Shown one piece after another: positions 1 through 10,940 of a DNA stretch of 64,000 bases. The position numbers and the translations under genes were made by a program. The stretch spans positions 3,552,001-3,616,000 of the forward strand of contig OZ219754.1 of NCBI GenBank assembly GCA_964291295.2, given 5' to 3'. The notes beneath the pieces were generated by a model. The model saw nothing but the letters and a program-made list of their open reading frames with translations. It was not told the DNA's origin and ran no database searches. Source of the stretch: an uncultured Candidatus Binatia bacterium (GTDB lineage: Bacteria; Desulfobacterota; Binatia; UBA9968; JAJDTQ01). Each line of letters opens with the position of its first letter. Position 1 is the stretch's first letter.

Positions 1-39
1 CGGCGGCCGGCCCCCGTTACTCGGGAAAGGACCATCACC

Positions 40-948
40 ATGGGAAATCTGGGCATCTGCTTCGTCAACCCCGCCCCGCAGATCGAGCCGGGCTACGTCA
101 CCACCATGGCACGAAAATGCGACCAGGCGGGCCTGCATTCGTTCTGGACCATCGACCGCATCGCCTATGACAATCTCGAAGCCATGACCGTGCTCGCGGC
201 CGCCGCGGGAGCCACGGAACAGATCCGGCTGGGGACCTCGGTGCTGCTCTCGGCGCTGCGCCACCCGGCGCTCCTGGCCAAGACCGTGGCCACCCTCGAT
301 TTCCTGTCCAGCGGCAGGCTGACCCTGGGCGTGGGTTTCGGCAGCCGGGAGAGCGACTTCAGTTCGGTGGAGGTTCCCTGGGAACATCGGGGAAGTCGGG
401 CCGAAGAATCCCTGGGCCTCATGAAGCGGCTCTGGACCGAAGACGAAGTGGAGCACCACGGCCGGTTCTTCGACCTCCACAGCACCCGCTTCGGCCCCAG
501 GTCCGTCCAGTCGCCCCACGTGCCCATCTGGATGGGCGGCACCGCCGAGACCGTTCTCAAGCGGGTAGGGCGGCTCGCCGACGGCTATATCTGCGGCAGC
601 AGCGCCGTGCACGACTTCGACGCGGTATGGGATAAGATCAGCGGCTACGCCCGGGCGGCCGGCCGGGACCCGGACCGCATCGAGAAGGCCGGGCTTACCT
701 TCATCGCCATCGACGACGACAAGAACAAGGCGGTGGAGGCATGCGGCAACTATCTCGTCCGCTACTACGGCAAGGTGCGCATGGACGTGGAGAAGTACAT
801 GCTGGTGGGCAGCGCCGGCGCGTGCGCCGACGGCATCCGGCGGATCTTCGCCGGCGGCCTCCAGACGCTGATCATCGGTCTGGCCATCGCCGACCTGGCA
901 CAGTTGGATACGTTCCTGGAGAAGGTGCTGCCGCAGGTGGCGGGCTGA
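40..948 (+). CDS. LLM-class flavin/F420-dependent oxidoreductase
   Basis: Luciferase-like motifs (LAAAAGATEQIRLGTSV, LAKTVATLDFLSSGRLTLGVG, PIWMGG); AAGGA RBS upstream. Confidence 0.85.
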   Translation: MGNLGICFVNPAPQIEPGYVTTMARKCDQAGLHSFWTIDRIAYDNLEAMTVLAAAAGATEQIRLGTSVLLSALRHPALLAKTVATLDFLSSGRLTLGVGFGSRESDFSSVEVPWEHRGSRAEESLGLMKRLWTEDEVEHHGRFFDLHSTRFGPRSVQSPHVPIWMGGTAETVLKRVGRLADGYICGSSAVHDFDAVWDKISGYARAAGRDPDRIEKAGLTFIAIDDDKNKAVEACGNYLVRYYGKVRMDVEKYMLVGSAGACADGIRRIFAGGLQTLIIGLAIADLAQLDTFLEKVLPQVAG

Positions 949-1015
949 TCCGACGTGGCGGCCGCCGCCTGCTTCCGGCCCCCGCCGCCACGGGGATGGC
1001 GGGTTCGGGACGGCG

Positions 1016-1636
1016 CTACAGCGGCGCCGGGTCCTCGAAGTTCCTGGTGTAGGGCAGCCTGGCGGCGGTCTTGTCGACCTCCGCCATGTTCTGGAGAAGC
1101 AGCGCGGTGGAGTCCCACGAGCCCGTGGTCAGGGCGTTGCGGTGGCCGTCGCTGATGTCGAGGTCGATTTCCTCGCCGTCCGGCAGGCGCACCTTCCGGG
1201 CGTCCAGATCCACCGTGAGTTCCACCGCGGGGTCCGACTCCACCAGGGTCATGAGCCTTCCGATGTCCTCCGACGACACCATCACCGCAGGCATCCCCAG
1301 CAGCACGCTGCTGCCGGCGAAGATGGGGCCGAAGGACTCGCCGATGAGGACCCGGATGCCCCAGCGGTACAGAGCCTGCGGTGCGTGCTCCCGTGACGAC
1401 CCGCAGCCGAAGTTGCGGTTCACCAGCAGGACCTCGGCACCCTGGAAGCGCGCCTCGTTGAACGGATGATCGACGAGGTTGCCGCCGGCATCGCGGCGTT
1501 CGTCGAAGAACGGGTACTCGCCCATGCGGTTGAAGGTGATCTCCTTGAGGTAGCGGGCCGGCACGATTCGGTCGGTATCGATATCGTGTCCGCGCACCAC
1601 CACCGCCCTGCCGCTGACCTGCCTGATCTCGTTCAT
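1016..1636 (-). CDS. leuD: 3-isopropylmalate dehydratase small subunit
   Basis: [24 protein letters not shown]; ATG 1636 overlaps the leuC stop (ATGA). Confidence 0.95.
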   Translation of the reverse strand: MNEIRQVSGRAVVVRGHDIDTDRIVPARYLKEITFNRMGEYPFFDERRDAGGNLVDHPFNEARFQGAEVLLVNRNFGCGSSREHAPQALYRWGIRVLIGESFGPIFAGSSVLLGMPAVMVSSEDIGRLMTLVESDPAVELTVDLDARKVRLPDGEEIDLDISDGHRNALTTGSWDSTALLLQNMAEVDKTAARLPYTRNFEDPAPL

Positions 1637-3039
1637 GGTTCCCTCGTGTACGTGCGCACGTCCACGACCCTGCCGTTCAGGGCCGCCGCGGCCACCATGG
1701 CGGGACTCATCAGCAGCGTCCGTCCCTCCGGGCTGCCCTGGCGGCCGATGAAGTTGCGGTTCGATGACGACGCGCACACTTCGCGGCCGTTGAGCTTGTC
1801 GGGGTTCATGGCCAGACACATGGAGCAACCCGCCTCCCGCCATTGAAAGCCGGCTTCGGTGAAGATCCGGTCGAGCCCGGCCGCCTCCGCCTGTTTCTTG
1901 ACCTCCACCGATCCGGGCACCACCAGCGCCCGCACGCCGGATGACACCTGGTTGCCCTTGGCAATACGCGCCGCGGCCACCAGATCGGAGAACCGTGAGT
2001 TGGTGCAGGAGCCGATGAACGCCACGTCGATGGGAGTCCCGAGAATCGGAGCGCCCGGCGTCCAGCCCATGTGCTGGTAGGCCTTCTCGACGGTCCCGGG
2101 ATCCTGCAGCTCTTCGGGGCGAGGCAGGTTCTCCAGCACCCCCAGCGCCTGTCCGGGATTGATGCCCCAGGTCACCGTCGGCTCGATGACCGAGCCGTCG
2201 ATGTCCACCACGTCGTCGTAGCGGGCGTCCGGATCCGACGCCATGGAGCGCCAGTACGCCACCGCGCGGTCGAAGGCCTCGCCCTTGGGCGCGAACTGCC
2301 GTCCCAGCAGGAAGTCGAAGGTGGTCAGGTCGGGGTTGACGTAACCCACCAGGGCGCCGCCCTCGATGCTCATGTTGCAGACGGTCATGCGTTCTTCCAT
2401 GTTCATGGCATCCAGCACCGCGCCGCCGTACTCGTACGCGAATCCCTTGCCGCCGCCGACCCCCAGCTGCCGGATGATGGTCAGGATCACATCCTTGGCG
2501 TGCACGCCCAGGGGGAGACGGCCGTTGACGTTGATGCGCCGCACCTTGAGCCGGTCCATGGACAGGGTCTGGGTGGCCAGCACGTCGCGCACCTGACTGG
2601 TGCCGATGCCGAAGGCCAAGGTCCCGAACGCCCCGTGGGTGCTCGTGTGGCTGTCGCCGCATGCCAGCGTCATCCCCGGCTGGGTCAGGCCGAGTTGCGG
2701 GCCGATGACGTGGACGATGCCCTGCCGGTCGTTACCCGGGCCGTAGTACTCGATGCCGAAGTCACGGACATTCTTCTCCAGCGCGGCCATCATCGCCTCG
2801 GCCTGACCGTCGGCAAAGGGCCGGACCCGGGAGTCCGTGGGTATGATGTGATCGGCGGTGGCGAAAGTCCGCTGGGGCCAAGCGATGGGAAGCCCGCGTT
2901 CCCGCAGCATGTCGAAAGCCTGGGGGGTGGTGACTTCGTGGACCAGGTGCAGTCCGATAAAGAGCTGGGTCTGCCCGGTGGGCAACGTCGTGACGGTGTG
3001 GGCGTCCCAGACCTTGTCATACAGCGTACGTTCAGACAT
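1633..3039 (-). CDS. leuC: 3-isopropylmalate dehydratase large subunit
   Basis: [48 protein letters not shown]. Confidence 0.97.
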   Translation of the reverse strand: MSERTLYDKVWDAHTVTTLPTGQTQLFIGLHLVHEVTTPQAFDMLRERGLPIAWPQRTFATADHIIPTDSRVRPFADGQAEAMMAALEKNVRDFGIEYYGPGNDRQGIVHVIGPQLGLTQPGMTLACGDSHTSTHGAFGTLAFGIGTSQVRDVLATQTLSMDRLKVRRINVNGRLPLGVHAKDVILTIIRQLGVGGGKGFAYEYGGAVLDAMNMEERMTVCNMSIEGGALVGYVNPDLTTFDFLLGRQFAPKGEAFDRAVAYWRSMASDPDARYDDVVDIDGSVIEPTVTWGINPGQALGVLENLPRPEELQDPGTVEKAYQHMGWTPGAPILGTPIDVAFIGSCTNSRFSDLVAAARIAKGNQVSSGVRALVVPGSVEVKKQAEAAGLDRIFTEAGFQWREAGCSMCLAMNPDKLNGREVCASSSNRNFIGRQGSPEGRTLLMSPAMVAAAALNGRVVDVRTYTREP

Positions 3040-3042
3040 GAA

Positions 3043-3855
3043 TCAATCTTCTCCTTGTCGGGAATCATAGCCAGCGACCCCGGCCACTTCAAGGGAAGCG
3101 CCGCGGCCGGGAACGCCGCCGCTCCGGTAGGACACCTCCGCCAGGAACAGGCCCCGGGCCGGTGCGGTGACGCCGGCCCGGGTGCGGTCACGGCCGTCCA
3201 TGAGCGCCCCCAGTTCGCCCGGGTCCCGTTCGCCGAGTCCCGCCTGCACCAGCGTGCCGACGATGTTCCGCACCATGTGCCGGAGGAACCCGGTGGCTTC
3301 GATGCGGTAGACCCAGTGGTCCTCCCACGGATAAAGCGCGTTGCCGTAGATCCGCCGGATCGGCGTGGCGGCGCCGCACCCGGAGGCCCGGAAACACGAG
3401 AAGTCGTGTTCCCCTTCCAGTGCCGGCAACGCCTTGCGCATGGCGTCGATGCACAAGGGCCTGGGAATGTGCCACGCGTAGCGGTCATGGAACACCGACC
3501 GCCAGCGGTGGTTCCACAGCCGGTACTCGTAGACGCGCCGCCGGGCATCCCGGCGGGCATCGAACGAAGCGGACGCCGCCTCCGCCGCCCTGACGGTGAT
3601 GTCGTCCGGGGTGAGGGCGTTCAGGCCCCGCTGGATGCGCGTCAGGTCCCGGTCGTCGGCGCAGACGAAGTTCGCCACCTGGCCCAGCGCATGAACGCCC
3701 GCATCGGTTCGTCCGGACCCATGGACCTGGACCCTGTCCCCCAGCAGCACGGCCAGTGCATCTTCCAGGACACCCTGGATCGTCGGCCCCTGGGGCTGGA
3801 CCTGCCATCCGCGGTAACGGGTACCGTCGTACTCCAGGGTCAATCGGACGTTCAT
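3043..3855 (-). CDS. truA: tRNA pseudouridine(38-40) synthase
   Basis: YDGTRYRGWQ, GSGRTDAGVHA, FLRHMVRNIVG. Confidence 0.96.
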   Translation of the reverse strand: MNVRLTLEYDGTRYRGWQVQPQGPTIQGVLEDALAVLLGDRVQVHGSGRTDAGVHALGQVANFVCADDRDLTRIQRGLNALTPDDITVRAAEAASASFDARRDARRRVYEYRLWNHRWRSVFHDRYAWHIPRPLCIDAMRKALPALEGEHDFSCFRASGCGAATPIRRIYGNALYPWEDHWVYRIEATGFLRHMVRNIVGTLVQAGLGERDPGELGALMDGRDRTRAGVTAPARGLFLAEVSYRSGGVPGRGASLEVAGVAGYDSRQGED

Positions 3856-3898
3856 GGGGTCCCTCGGCTCGAGCCGGGAAACAGCGCCGGCGGGCGGA

Positions 3899-4921
3899 TC
3901 AGTGGCGGTTCCGGATCAGGATCTCGGCGATCTGCACCGCGTTGAGGGCCGCGCCCTTGCGCAGGTTGTCGGCCACCACCCACAGGTTGATGCCGTTCTC
4001 CACGGACGTGTCCTCACGGATGCGTCCGACACGGGTGGCGTCCTTGCCCGCCGCCTCGGTGGCGAGCGGATAGTCGTTGCTCCGGGGCTCGTCCTGGAGC
4101 AGCACGCCGGGGGCCTCCCGGAGAATGGCACGGACGTCGTCCGCCGACAGCCGGGTCCGGGTCTCGACATTGATGGACTCGGAGTGGCTGCAGAAAACCG
4201 GCACGCGCACGGCGGTGGCGGTGATGCGGATGTCCGGGTCGTCCAGGATCTTGCGCGTCTCCTGGACCATCTTCATCTCTTCCCGGGTGTAGCCGTCGGG
4301 CAGGAACGTATCGATGTGGGGAATGCAGTTGAACGCAATCGGGTGCGGAAACTGCTCGCACTCCACATCGTGGCTGTTGAACAACGCCGCGGTCTGCTTG
4401 CCGAGTTCCTCCATGGCGCGCCGCCCGGCTCCGGACACCGACTGGTAGGTGGAAACCACGATGCGGCGGATGCCCGCGGCGTCGTACAGCGGCTTGAGCG
4501 CCACCACCATCTGAATGGTGGAGCAGTTGGGATTGGCGATGATGCCACGGCGGACGTGTTCGTCGATCTTGTCCGCGTTGACTTCCGGCACCACCAGCGG
4601 CACGTCGTCGTCCATGCGGAAACGGCTGGTGTTGTCGATGACCACCGCGCCCGCGTCCACCGCCGCCGGGGCGTACTCGGCGCTCACCGACGAACCCGCG
4701 GAGAAGAGGGCGATGTCGATGCCGGCGAAGGAGTCCTCGGTCAGCACCTCCACCGGAATCTGCCGGCCGCGGAATTCGAGACGCTGGCCGGCGGAGCGCT
4801 CGGAGGCCAGCAACCGGAGGGTGTCCACCGGAAACCGGCGCTCCTCGAGAATCTTCCGCATCTCCTCGCCCACCACCCCGGTGGCTCCCACCACGGCTAC
4901 GTTGTGGCTGTCCTTGCCCAT
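3899..4921 (-). CDS. asd: aspartate-semialdehyde dehydrogenase
   Basis: VVGATGVVG, IIANPNCSTIQM, YQSVSGAG, DNLRKGAALNAVQIAE. Confidence 0.96.
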   Translation of the reverse strand: MGKDSHNVAVVGATGVVGEEMRKILEERRFPVDTLRLLASERSAGQRLEFRGRQIPVEVLTEDSFAGIDIALFSAGSSVSAEYAPAAVDAGAVVIDNTSRFRMDDDVPLVVPEVNADKIDEHVRRGIIANPNCSTIQMVVALKPLYDAAGIRRIVVSTYQSVSGAGRRAMEELGKQTAALFNSHDVECEQFPHPIAFNCIPHIDTFLPDGYTREEMKMVQETRKILDDPDIRITATAVRVPVFCSHSESINVETRTRLSADDVRAILREAPGVLLQDEPRSNDYPLATEAAGKDATRVGRIREDTSVENGINLWVVADNLRKGAALNAVQIAEILIRNRH

Positions 4922-4931
4922 GAGCTTCGCT

Positions 4932-6026
4932 TCAGGCCGCGCGGCTCGCCGCAATCTCCTGCCGCACCCGCGCGCCCATTTCCCTGCAACCCACCACCGG
5001 GGCCTCCTCCCCGGCGATATCCGGGGTGCGGTGCCCGGCGTCCAGCACCCGTTCCACCGCCCCCTCGATACAGTCCGCGGCGGCGCCCCGGTCCAGCGAA
5101 TGACGGAGCATGAGCGCCACGGTCAGGATGGCCGCCAGCGGATTGGCCTTGTCCTGGCCGGCGATGTCCGGAGCGCTGCCATGCACCGGCTCGTACAGGC
5201 CCACCTTGCCGCCGAGGCTGGCGGACGGCAGCATGCCGATGGAGCCGGTGAGCATGGCGGCCTCATCGCTGAGAATGTCCCCGAACATGTTGGTGGTCAC
5301 GATGACGTCGAACTGCCTGGGGTCCCGTATGAGCTGCATGGCGCAGTTGTCCACCAGCATGTGGTCGAGCCTGACGTCGCCGTAGCCTTCTTCCTCGTGG
5401 ATCCGGGTCACCACCCTGCGCCACAGCTCGGTGGATTCCAGCACGTTGGCCTTGTCCACCGAGGTGACCCGGTGCCGCCTTCGGCGCGCGGCGTCGAAGG
5501 CCATCCTGGCGATCCGTTCGATCTCCCGGGTCGTGTAGATCAGGGTGTTGACTCCCCGCTCGCCGCCGCCGGGCTCCGGGGTGATGCCCTTGGGCTGCCC
5601 GAAGTAGATACCCCCCGTCAACTCGCGCACCACCACCAGGTCAGTGCCCGCCACCACCTCGGGCTTGAGCGTCGAGGCCTGCGCCAGCGGTGCGAACAGC
5701 CGGACCGGGCGCAGATTGGCGAACAGCCCCAACTCCCGGCGCAACGCCAGCAAGGCCCGCTCCGGACGGATGGCATAGTCCAGCCCGTCCCACCTGGGCC
5801 CGCCCATGGCACCCAGCACCACCGCGTCGCTGGCCTTGGCCAAGGCCAGGACCTCGTCGGTCAGCGGGGTGCCGTGAGCGTCAATGGACGCTCCGCCGAC
5901 CAGACCTTCCTCCACCTCAATGGTGAAGTCGAAGAGGTCGCCCGCCTGGCGCAGCACCGTCATGGCCTCTGCCACGACTTCCGGACCGATGCCGTCGCCC
6001 GGAAGCACCGTGATCTTGTGATTCAT
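4932..6026 (-). CDS. leuB: 3-isopropylmalate dehydrogenase
   Basis: [34 protein letters not shown]; ATGA overlap with leuA. Confidence 0.96.
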   Translation of the reverse strand: MNHKITVLPGDGIGPEVVAEAMTVLRQAGDLFDFTIEVEEGLVGGASIDAHGTPLTDEVLALAKASDAVVLGAMGGPRWDGLDYAIRPERALLALRRELGLFANLRPVRLFAPLAQASTLKPEVVAGTDLVVVRELTGGIYFGQPKGITPEPGGGERGVNTLIYTTREIERIARMAFDAARRRRHRVTSVDKANVLESTELWRRVVTRIHEEEGYGDVRLDHMLVDNCAMQLIRDPRQFDVIVTTNMFGDILSDEAAMLTGSIGMLPSASLGGKVGLYEPVHGSAPDIAGQDKANPLAAILTVALMLRHSLDRGAAADCIEGAVERVLDAGHRTPDIAGEEAPVVGCREMGARVRQEIAASRAA

Positions 6027-7579
6027 GGCCCCCCCTCTGCCGAAGCCTGGCGGTGTCGCTTGCGATACTCCAGCCGGTTCAGCGCGTTCACATACGCCAG
6101 CGCACTCGCCATGAGGATATCCGTATGGGAACCCTTGCCCGAGATGTGAATGTCCTTTTCCTGAAGCATGCACGACACCTCGCCCTGGGCGTCCGTGCCG
6201 CCGGTGACGCTGGAAACCGAGTAGCGCCGCAGCGTCGCCTGGCTGCCGGCGATCCTGGCGATGGCTTTGTAACAGGCATCCACCACCCCGTCACCGGTAT
6301 CGTGGACCATCTTCTCCTCGCCGTCCACCCGCATGCGAATGGTGGCCGACGGCACCGCCGACGAACTGGTGGCGACGTTCATGTACAGGAGTTCGTAACG
6401 GTCCGGCTGACTCGGTATCCGCAACACCTCATCCGCCACCAGGGCCTCGATGTCCTCGTCGAACACTTCCTTCTTCTTGTCGGCGAGCTCCTTGAACCGC
6501 TCGAAGGCGCGGCCGACTTCGTCCTTGCCGAGCGAGAAACCGAGTTGCCGCAGCCTCTCGCCGAAGGCGTGCCGCCCGGAGTGCTTGCCCATGACCAGCC
6601 GGTTGCCCGTGATGCCGACGGTCTCGGGTTTCATGATTTCGTAGGTGAGCTTCTGCTTCAGCACACCGTCCTGATGAATCCCGGCCTCATGGGCGAAAGC
6701 GTTGTCGCCGACGATGGGCTTGTTGAGAGGAACCGTGATGCCGGTGACCTGGGACAGCAGACGCGAGGTGGGGTATATCTGCTCGGTATGAATGCGCGTG
6801 TCGAGATTGAACACCGGCTGGCGCGTCTTCAACGCCATCACCACCTCTTCCAGCGAGGTATTGCCGGCGCGCTCGCCGATGCCGTTCACCGTACACTCCA
6901 CCTGCCGCGCTCCGTTGGCCACGGCGGCCAGGGAGTTGGCCACGGCGAGGCCCAGGTCGTTGTGGCAGTGGGCGCTCCAGACGACCTTGTCCGAACCCTC
7001 GGTGTTCTCCATCAGGTACCGCACCAGCTCACCGAACTCGGTGGGGATGGCGTAGCCGGTGGTGTCGGGGATGTTGAGGGTCTTCGCCCCGGCCCGGATG
7101 GCCTCGCCGAACACTTCGACCAGGAAGTCCCGGTCGCTGCGGGAGGCGTCCTCGGCCGAAAACTCGACGTAGTCCAGGTGCTTTCTGGCGTAGGCCACCG
7201 CCGTACCCACGGACTCCATCACCTCGTCCCGGGACATGCGGAGCTTGTGCTTCATATGGATGTCGGAGGTGGCGATGAAGGTGTGGAGCCCGGGCTTGCG
7301 CGCGCCTTCCACCGCCTTGACGGCCTTCTGGATGTCGCCGATCTGCGCCCTGGCCAGGCTGAGGACGATGGGGCGCCTCACGGCCTTGCACACCTGCACC
7401 ACCGATTCGAAATCACCCGGAGACGAGGCGGCGAAACCGGCTTCGATGACGTCCACGCCCAGCTTGTCCAGTTGACGGGCGATGAGGACCTTCTCGTCCA
7501 TGTTCATGCTTGCCCCGGGGGACTGCTCGCCGTCCCTGAGGGTGGTATCGAAAATATTCACGATGTTCCTGGAGCCCAT
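6023..7579 (-). CDS. leuA: 2-isopropylmalate synthase
   Basis: [40 protein letters not shown]-terminal regulatory domain; GAGGAG RBS at 7592-7587. Confidence 0.96.
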   Translation of the reverse strand: MGSRNIVNIFDTTLRDGEQSPGASMNMDEKVLIARQLDKLGVDVIEAGFAASSPGDFESVVQVCKAVRRPIVLSLARAQIGDIQKAVKAVEGARKPGLHTFIATSDIHMKHKLRMSRDEVMESVGTAVAYARKHLDYVEFSAEDASRSDRDFLVEVFGEAIRAGAKTLNIPDTTGYAIPTEFGELVRYLMENTEGSDKVVWSAHCHNDLGLAVANSLAAVANGARQVECTVNGIGERAGNTSLEEVVMALKTRQPVFNLDTRIHTEQIYPTSRLLSQVTGITVPLNKPIVGDNAFAHEAGIHQDGVLKQKLTYEIMKPETVGITGNRLVMGKHSGRHAFGERLRQLGFSLGKDEVGRAFERFKELADKKKEVFDEDIEALVADEVLRIPSQPDRYELLYMNVATSSSAVPSATIRMRVDGEEKMVHDTGDGVVDACYKAIARIAGSQATLRRYSVSSVTGGTDAQGEVSCMLQEKDIHISGKGSHTDILMASALAYVNALNRLEYRKRHRQASAEGGP

Positions 7580-7592
7580 GGTCTTTCTCCTC

Positions 7593-7627
7593 AAAAAAAA
7601 CTCCCGCTGGGGGTCCGGCGGGAGTTT
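7593..7627 (-). terminator. intrinsic terminator / probable attenuator immediately upstream of leuA
   Basis: mRNA reads AAACUCCCGCCGG-ACCC-CCAGCGGGAG-U8, followed directly by the leuA RBS. Confidence 0.8.
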
Positions 7628-7655
7628 CGGTCAAGCAAGCTGGAGTCTACCTGGA

Positions 7656-8492
7656 TCAGGCTTGTCGCAACACCTGCTCCTCCCTCCGTCGCTTCCGCAC
7701 GGCAAGCAGCCATAACAGGGGGCCCGATAGGGTATAGATCAATAACGCCGAGAACAACATGATCTGCCACATCGCGATGGTCAGTATAAGGACTGCCAGC
7801 GCGGAAAGCAACAACCGAATGGTGCTGCGCTTCTTCAGGTGGTGCGGCTTGAGACTCAGGTAACGGAAATGGCTCACCATGAGGCCCGCCAGTCCACATG
7901 CGATGAGGATGAAGATCACGGGCCTGCCGTCCGTGTTCTCGAGGCCGAGCATGAGATACATGAAGATGGTGGCGGCGATCATGGCCGCGGCCGCCGGGAT
8001 CGGCAGGCCGGTGAAGTAGCTCTTTTCCACAGCCAGGGTCTGGACGTTGTAGCGCGCCAGACGCAACGCGCCGCACACCGTGAACAGCGCCGCCCCGAGG
8101 CCGCCCCAGGTTCCCCACGGGGCCAGCGCGAAGACATGCATCAATACCGCCGGCGCCACCCCGAACGAAACCACGTCGGCCAGGGAATCGAACTCGACGC
8201 CGAACTGGCTGGTCGTGTGGGTCAGCCGCGCCACCGCACCGTCGACACCGTCCAGCAGGTGGGCGGCCACGATCAGCACGGCGGCCCGATGAAACTCGCC
8301 GTCCAGGGCGAACAGAATGGCGAAGATACCGCAGAAGAGATTGCCCGCCGTGAACAGGCTGGGCAGGAGAAAAATGCCCCGGCGAAGCCGATGGGCCGGG
8401 CTCCGCCGTCTCAGGCGGTCCCGTCGGATCCTGCCCCTCGGGATCAGGCGGACCTTCTTGAACGACGTGTCCCTGTTTTCCGGACGTTCCAC
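7656..8492 (-). CDS. pssA: CDP-diacylglycerol--serine O-phosphatidyltransferase
   Basis: LPSLFTAGNL, DGVDGAVAR, FGVEFDSLADVVSFGVAP, LRLARYN, FTGLPIP; start uncertain (GTG 8492 or TTG 8510). Confidence 0.93.
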   Translation of the reverse strand: MERPENRDTSFKKVRLIPRGRIRRDRLRRRSPAHRLRRGIFLLPSLFTAGNLFCGIFAILFALDGEFHRAAVLIVAAHLLDGVDGAVARLTHTTSQFGVEFDSLADVVSFGVAPAVLMHVFALAPWGTWGGLGAALFTVCGALRLARYNVQTLAVEKSYFTGLPIPAAAAMIAATIFMYLMLGLENTDGRPVIFILIACGLAGLMVSHFRYLSLKPHHLKKRSTIRLLLSALAVLILTIAMWQIMLFSALLIYTLSGPLLWLLAVRKRRREEQVLRQA

Positions 8493-8493
8493 G

Positions 8494-9105
8494 TCAGAAC
8501 CTGGCGACAATGGTCTCTCCGCCGCGGACCCGCTGGCCGGGTTGCACCGCCACGTCGGCGTCCCGGGGCAGGTAGAGATCCACGCGGGAGCCGAACATGA
8601 TCATGCCGAAACGTTCGCCCTTCCGCAACGAGTCGCCGGGGCTGACATGGCAGACGATCCGGCGGGCGAGAAACCCCGCAATCTGCACGATGCGAAGCGT
8701 CCGGCCGGCGTCACCCACCAGTGTCACGGCGTTGCGCTCGTTCTCCTCCGACGCCTTGCCCTTGTAGGCGGCCAGGAAATGGCCCGCCTGATAGCGGACA
8801 GCGGACACGCACCCGTTCATGGGCGCCCGGTTGATGTGCACATCCAGGGGTGAAAGGAAGATGCTGAGCCTGAGGCCGCCGGCGTCCGGGGCGTCCGCCA
8901 CCTCCACGACCTTGCCGTCCGCCGGTGAGACCACCACGCCGTCGGCGTCCGGGGCGGTCCGCTCCGGATCGCGGAAGAAACCCGCCACGGCCGCGGCCGC
9001 GGCCAGCAGCAACACGCCGGCCGCGACCCAGCCCACGGCCATGGCCGCGGCCGCCAGCCCCAGCGCGGCAAAAACGAACCGATATCCTTCGGTTGCAATC
9101 CTGAT
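8494..9105 (-). CDS. psd: phosphatidylserine decarboxylase proenzyme
   Basis: FFRDPER, SPADGKV, IFLSPLDVHINRAP, FGSRVD cleavage motif; the family-like N-terminus IRIATEGYRF lies upstream of the first ATG (9042), so the start is placed at ATC 9105. Confidence 0.9.
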   Translation of the reverse strand: MRIATEGYRFVFAALGLAAAAMAVGWVAAGVLLLAAAAAVAGFFRDPERTAPDADGVVVSPADGKVVEVADAPDAGGLRLSIFLSPLDVHINRAPMNGCVSAVRYQAGHFLAAYKGKASEENERNAVTLVGDAGRTLRIVQIAGFLARRIVCHVSPGDSLRKGERFGMIMFGSRVDLYLPRDADVAVQPGQRVRGGETIVARF

Positions 9106-9325
9106 GAGAACGCTCCCCGATATGTTGATCTATACATTGACCGATACGCCCCCGGGGCGGGTCCGTCTCAGCCGACGGGGTGTCGGGCATGTGCGGACCG
9201 GCAGACCGTCCGCGCCAGAGGAGCCTGCACCGCAGAAAATTCTCGTGGGACGGAGAGCCGCCAGAATCCCGATTCGTGCCCAATGAGGGGACCGGGCTGA
9301 AGGTTCCCGGCATTCTGGACGAAAA

Positions 9326-10342
9326 CTAGTTCCTGCTCTTGTCCACCAGTCGGTTCTCGGTCAGCCAGGGCATCATCGACCGGAGCTGCTCGCCCACCCG
9401 CTCGATGGGATGGCTGCGGGACGCCTGGCGCAATTCGTTGAACCGGGACGATCCGGAGCGATGTTCGTTCAACCACTCGCCGGCAAATTTTCCCGACTGA
9501 ATTTCCGCCAGGATCTCCTTCATGACCCTGCGCGTGTCGTCCCCGACGACGCGCGTCCCGCGGGTGAGGTCGCCGTATTCCGCGGTGTTGCTCACGGAAT
9601 AGCGCATGTTGGCCAAGCCGCCCTCGTAGATGAGATCCACGATCAGCTTGACCTCGTGACAACACTCGAAATAGGCCATCTCCGGCGGGTAGCCCGCCTC
9701 CACCAAGGTTTCGTAACCCGCCTGTATCAGCGCCGTGAGACCGCCGCAGAGCACCGTCTGCTCGCCGAACAGGTCGGTTTCGGTCTCGTCCTTGAACGTT
9801 GTCTCGATGACCGCGGCACGGGCACCGCCGATGGCCGCGGCATACGCCAGGCCCACGGGCCGGCTGTCGCCGGACGGATCCTGGTGGATGGCCAGCAGGC
9901 ACGGCACCCCCCTGCCCCGCTCGAACTCGCTGCGCACCAAGTGGCCGGGCCCCTTGGGCGCCACCATGAACACGTTGACGTTCTCCGGCGGCACCACCCG
10001 CTTGAAGTGGATGTTGAAGCCGTGACCGAAGGCCAGGTAGTTCCCCGGCTCGAGACCGGGCTGGATGGCCTCGCGATAGACGTCGCCCTGAAGCTCGTCC
10101 GGCAGCAGGACCATGACCACGTCGCCGGCCCGGACCGCCTCCGCCGTCTCCATCACCGCCAGGCCGGCGTCCGCCGCCTTGGCCCAGGAGGCGCTGTCGC
10201 GCCGGAGCCCCACCACCACATCCACGCCCGAGTCGCGCAGATTGGCGGCGTGCGCATGCCCCTGGCTGCCGTAACCCAGCACGGCGACCTTGCGATGGCG
10301 AATCCGACCCGGATCCACGTCCTGGTCATGGTAGACCTGCAT
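9326..10342 (-). CDS. ilvC: ketol-acid reductoisomerase
   Basis: [36 protein letters not shown]. Confidence 0.97.
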   Translation of the reverse strand: MQVYHDQDVDPGRIRHRKVAVLGYGSQGHAHAANLRDSGVDVVVGLRRDSASWAKAADAGLAVMETAEAVRAGDVVMVLLPDELQGDVYREAIQPGLEPGNYLAFGHGFNIHFKRVVPPENVNVFMVAPKGPGHLVRSEFERGRGVPCLLAIHQDPSGDSRPVGLAYAAAIGGARAAVIETTFKDETETDLFGEQTVLCGGLTALIQAGYETLVEAGYPPEMAYFECCHEVKLIVDLIYEGGLANMRYSVSNTAEYGDLTRGTRVVGDDTRRVMKEILAEIQSGKFAGEWLNEHRSGSSRFNELRQASRSHPIERVGEQLRSMMPWLTENRLVDKSRN

Positions 10343-10452
10343 GAATACCTCCCTGCCCGATTTCCCTGTCTGATCGACGCCGCCCGCTCCGACGCCTCTT
10401 CGCCTTTCCCGGAACGGAGTGGGAGATCACGGGGCAAACCGCTCCGCAGACG

Positions 10453-10929
10453 CTACAACTCGCGAGCGATGGCGATCCGGCCGGTACGCACGATCTCCTT
10501 GATGCCCAAGGGCTTCAGCAGGCTGATCACCGCCTGGATCTTGCCGGAATCTCCCGACACCTCGATGGTATAGGTCTGCGACGTCGAGTCCACGATGTTG
10601 GCCCGGAAGATCTGTGCGATGCGAATGGCCTCGTCCCTGTGCGTCTGCTTCGCCAGTATCTTGATGAGAGCCGTTTCCCGGTCGATGTGGTCCTCTTCGG
10701 TCAGGTCCACCACCTTGAGAACCTCGATGACCTTGTTGAGTTGCTTCATGATCTGCTCGATGACCTCCTCGTCGCCCGAGGTCACGATGGTGATCATGGA
10801 GATGGTGGCGTCCGGGGTAGGCGCCACCGAGAGACTCTCGATGTTGTAGCCCCGGGCGCTGAAAAGGCCAGCCACCCGCGCGAGCACTCCCGACTTGTTC
10901 TCGACCAGAACCGCGATGATGTGTTCCAT
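10453..10929 (-). CDS. ilvN: acetolactate synthase small (regulatory) subunit
   Basis: LVENKSGVLARVAGLFSARGYNIESL ACT domain, EIVRTG. Confidence 0.95.
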   Translation of the reverse strand: MEHIIAVLVENKSGVLARVAGLFSARGYNIESLSVAPTPDATISMITIVTSGDEEVIEQIMKQLNKVIEVLKVVDLTEEDHIDRETALIKILAKQTHRDEAIRIAQIFRANIVDSTSQTYTIEVSGDSGKIQAVISLLKPLGIKEIVRTGRIAIAREL

Positions 10930-10940
10930 CCGCCAAACCC

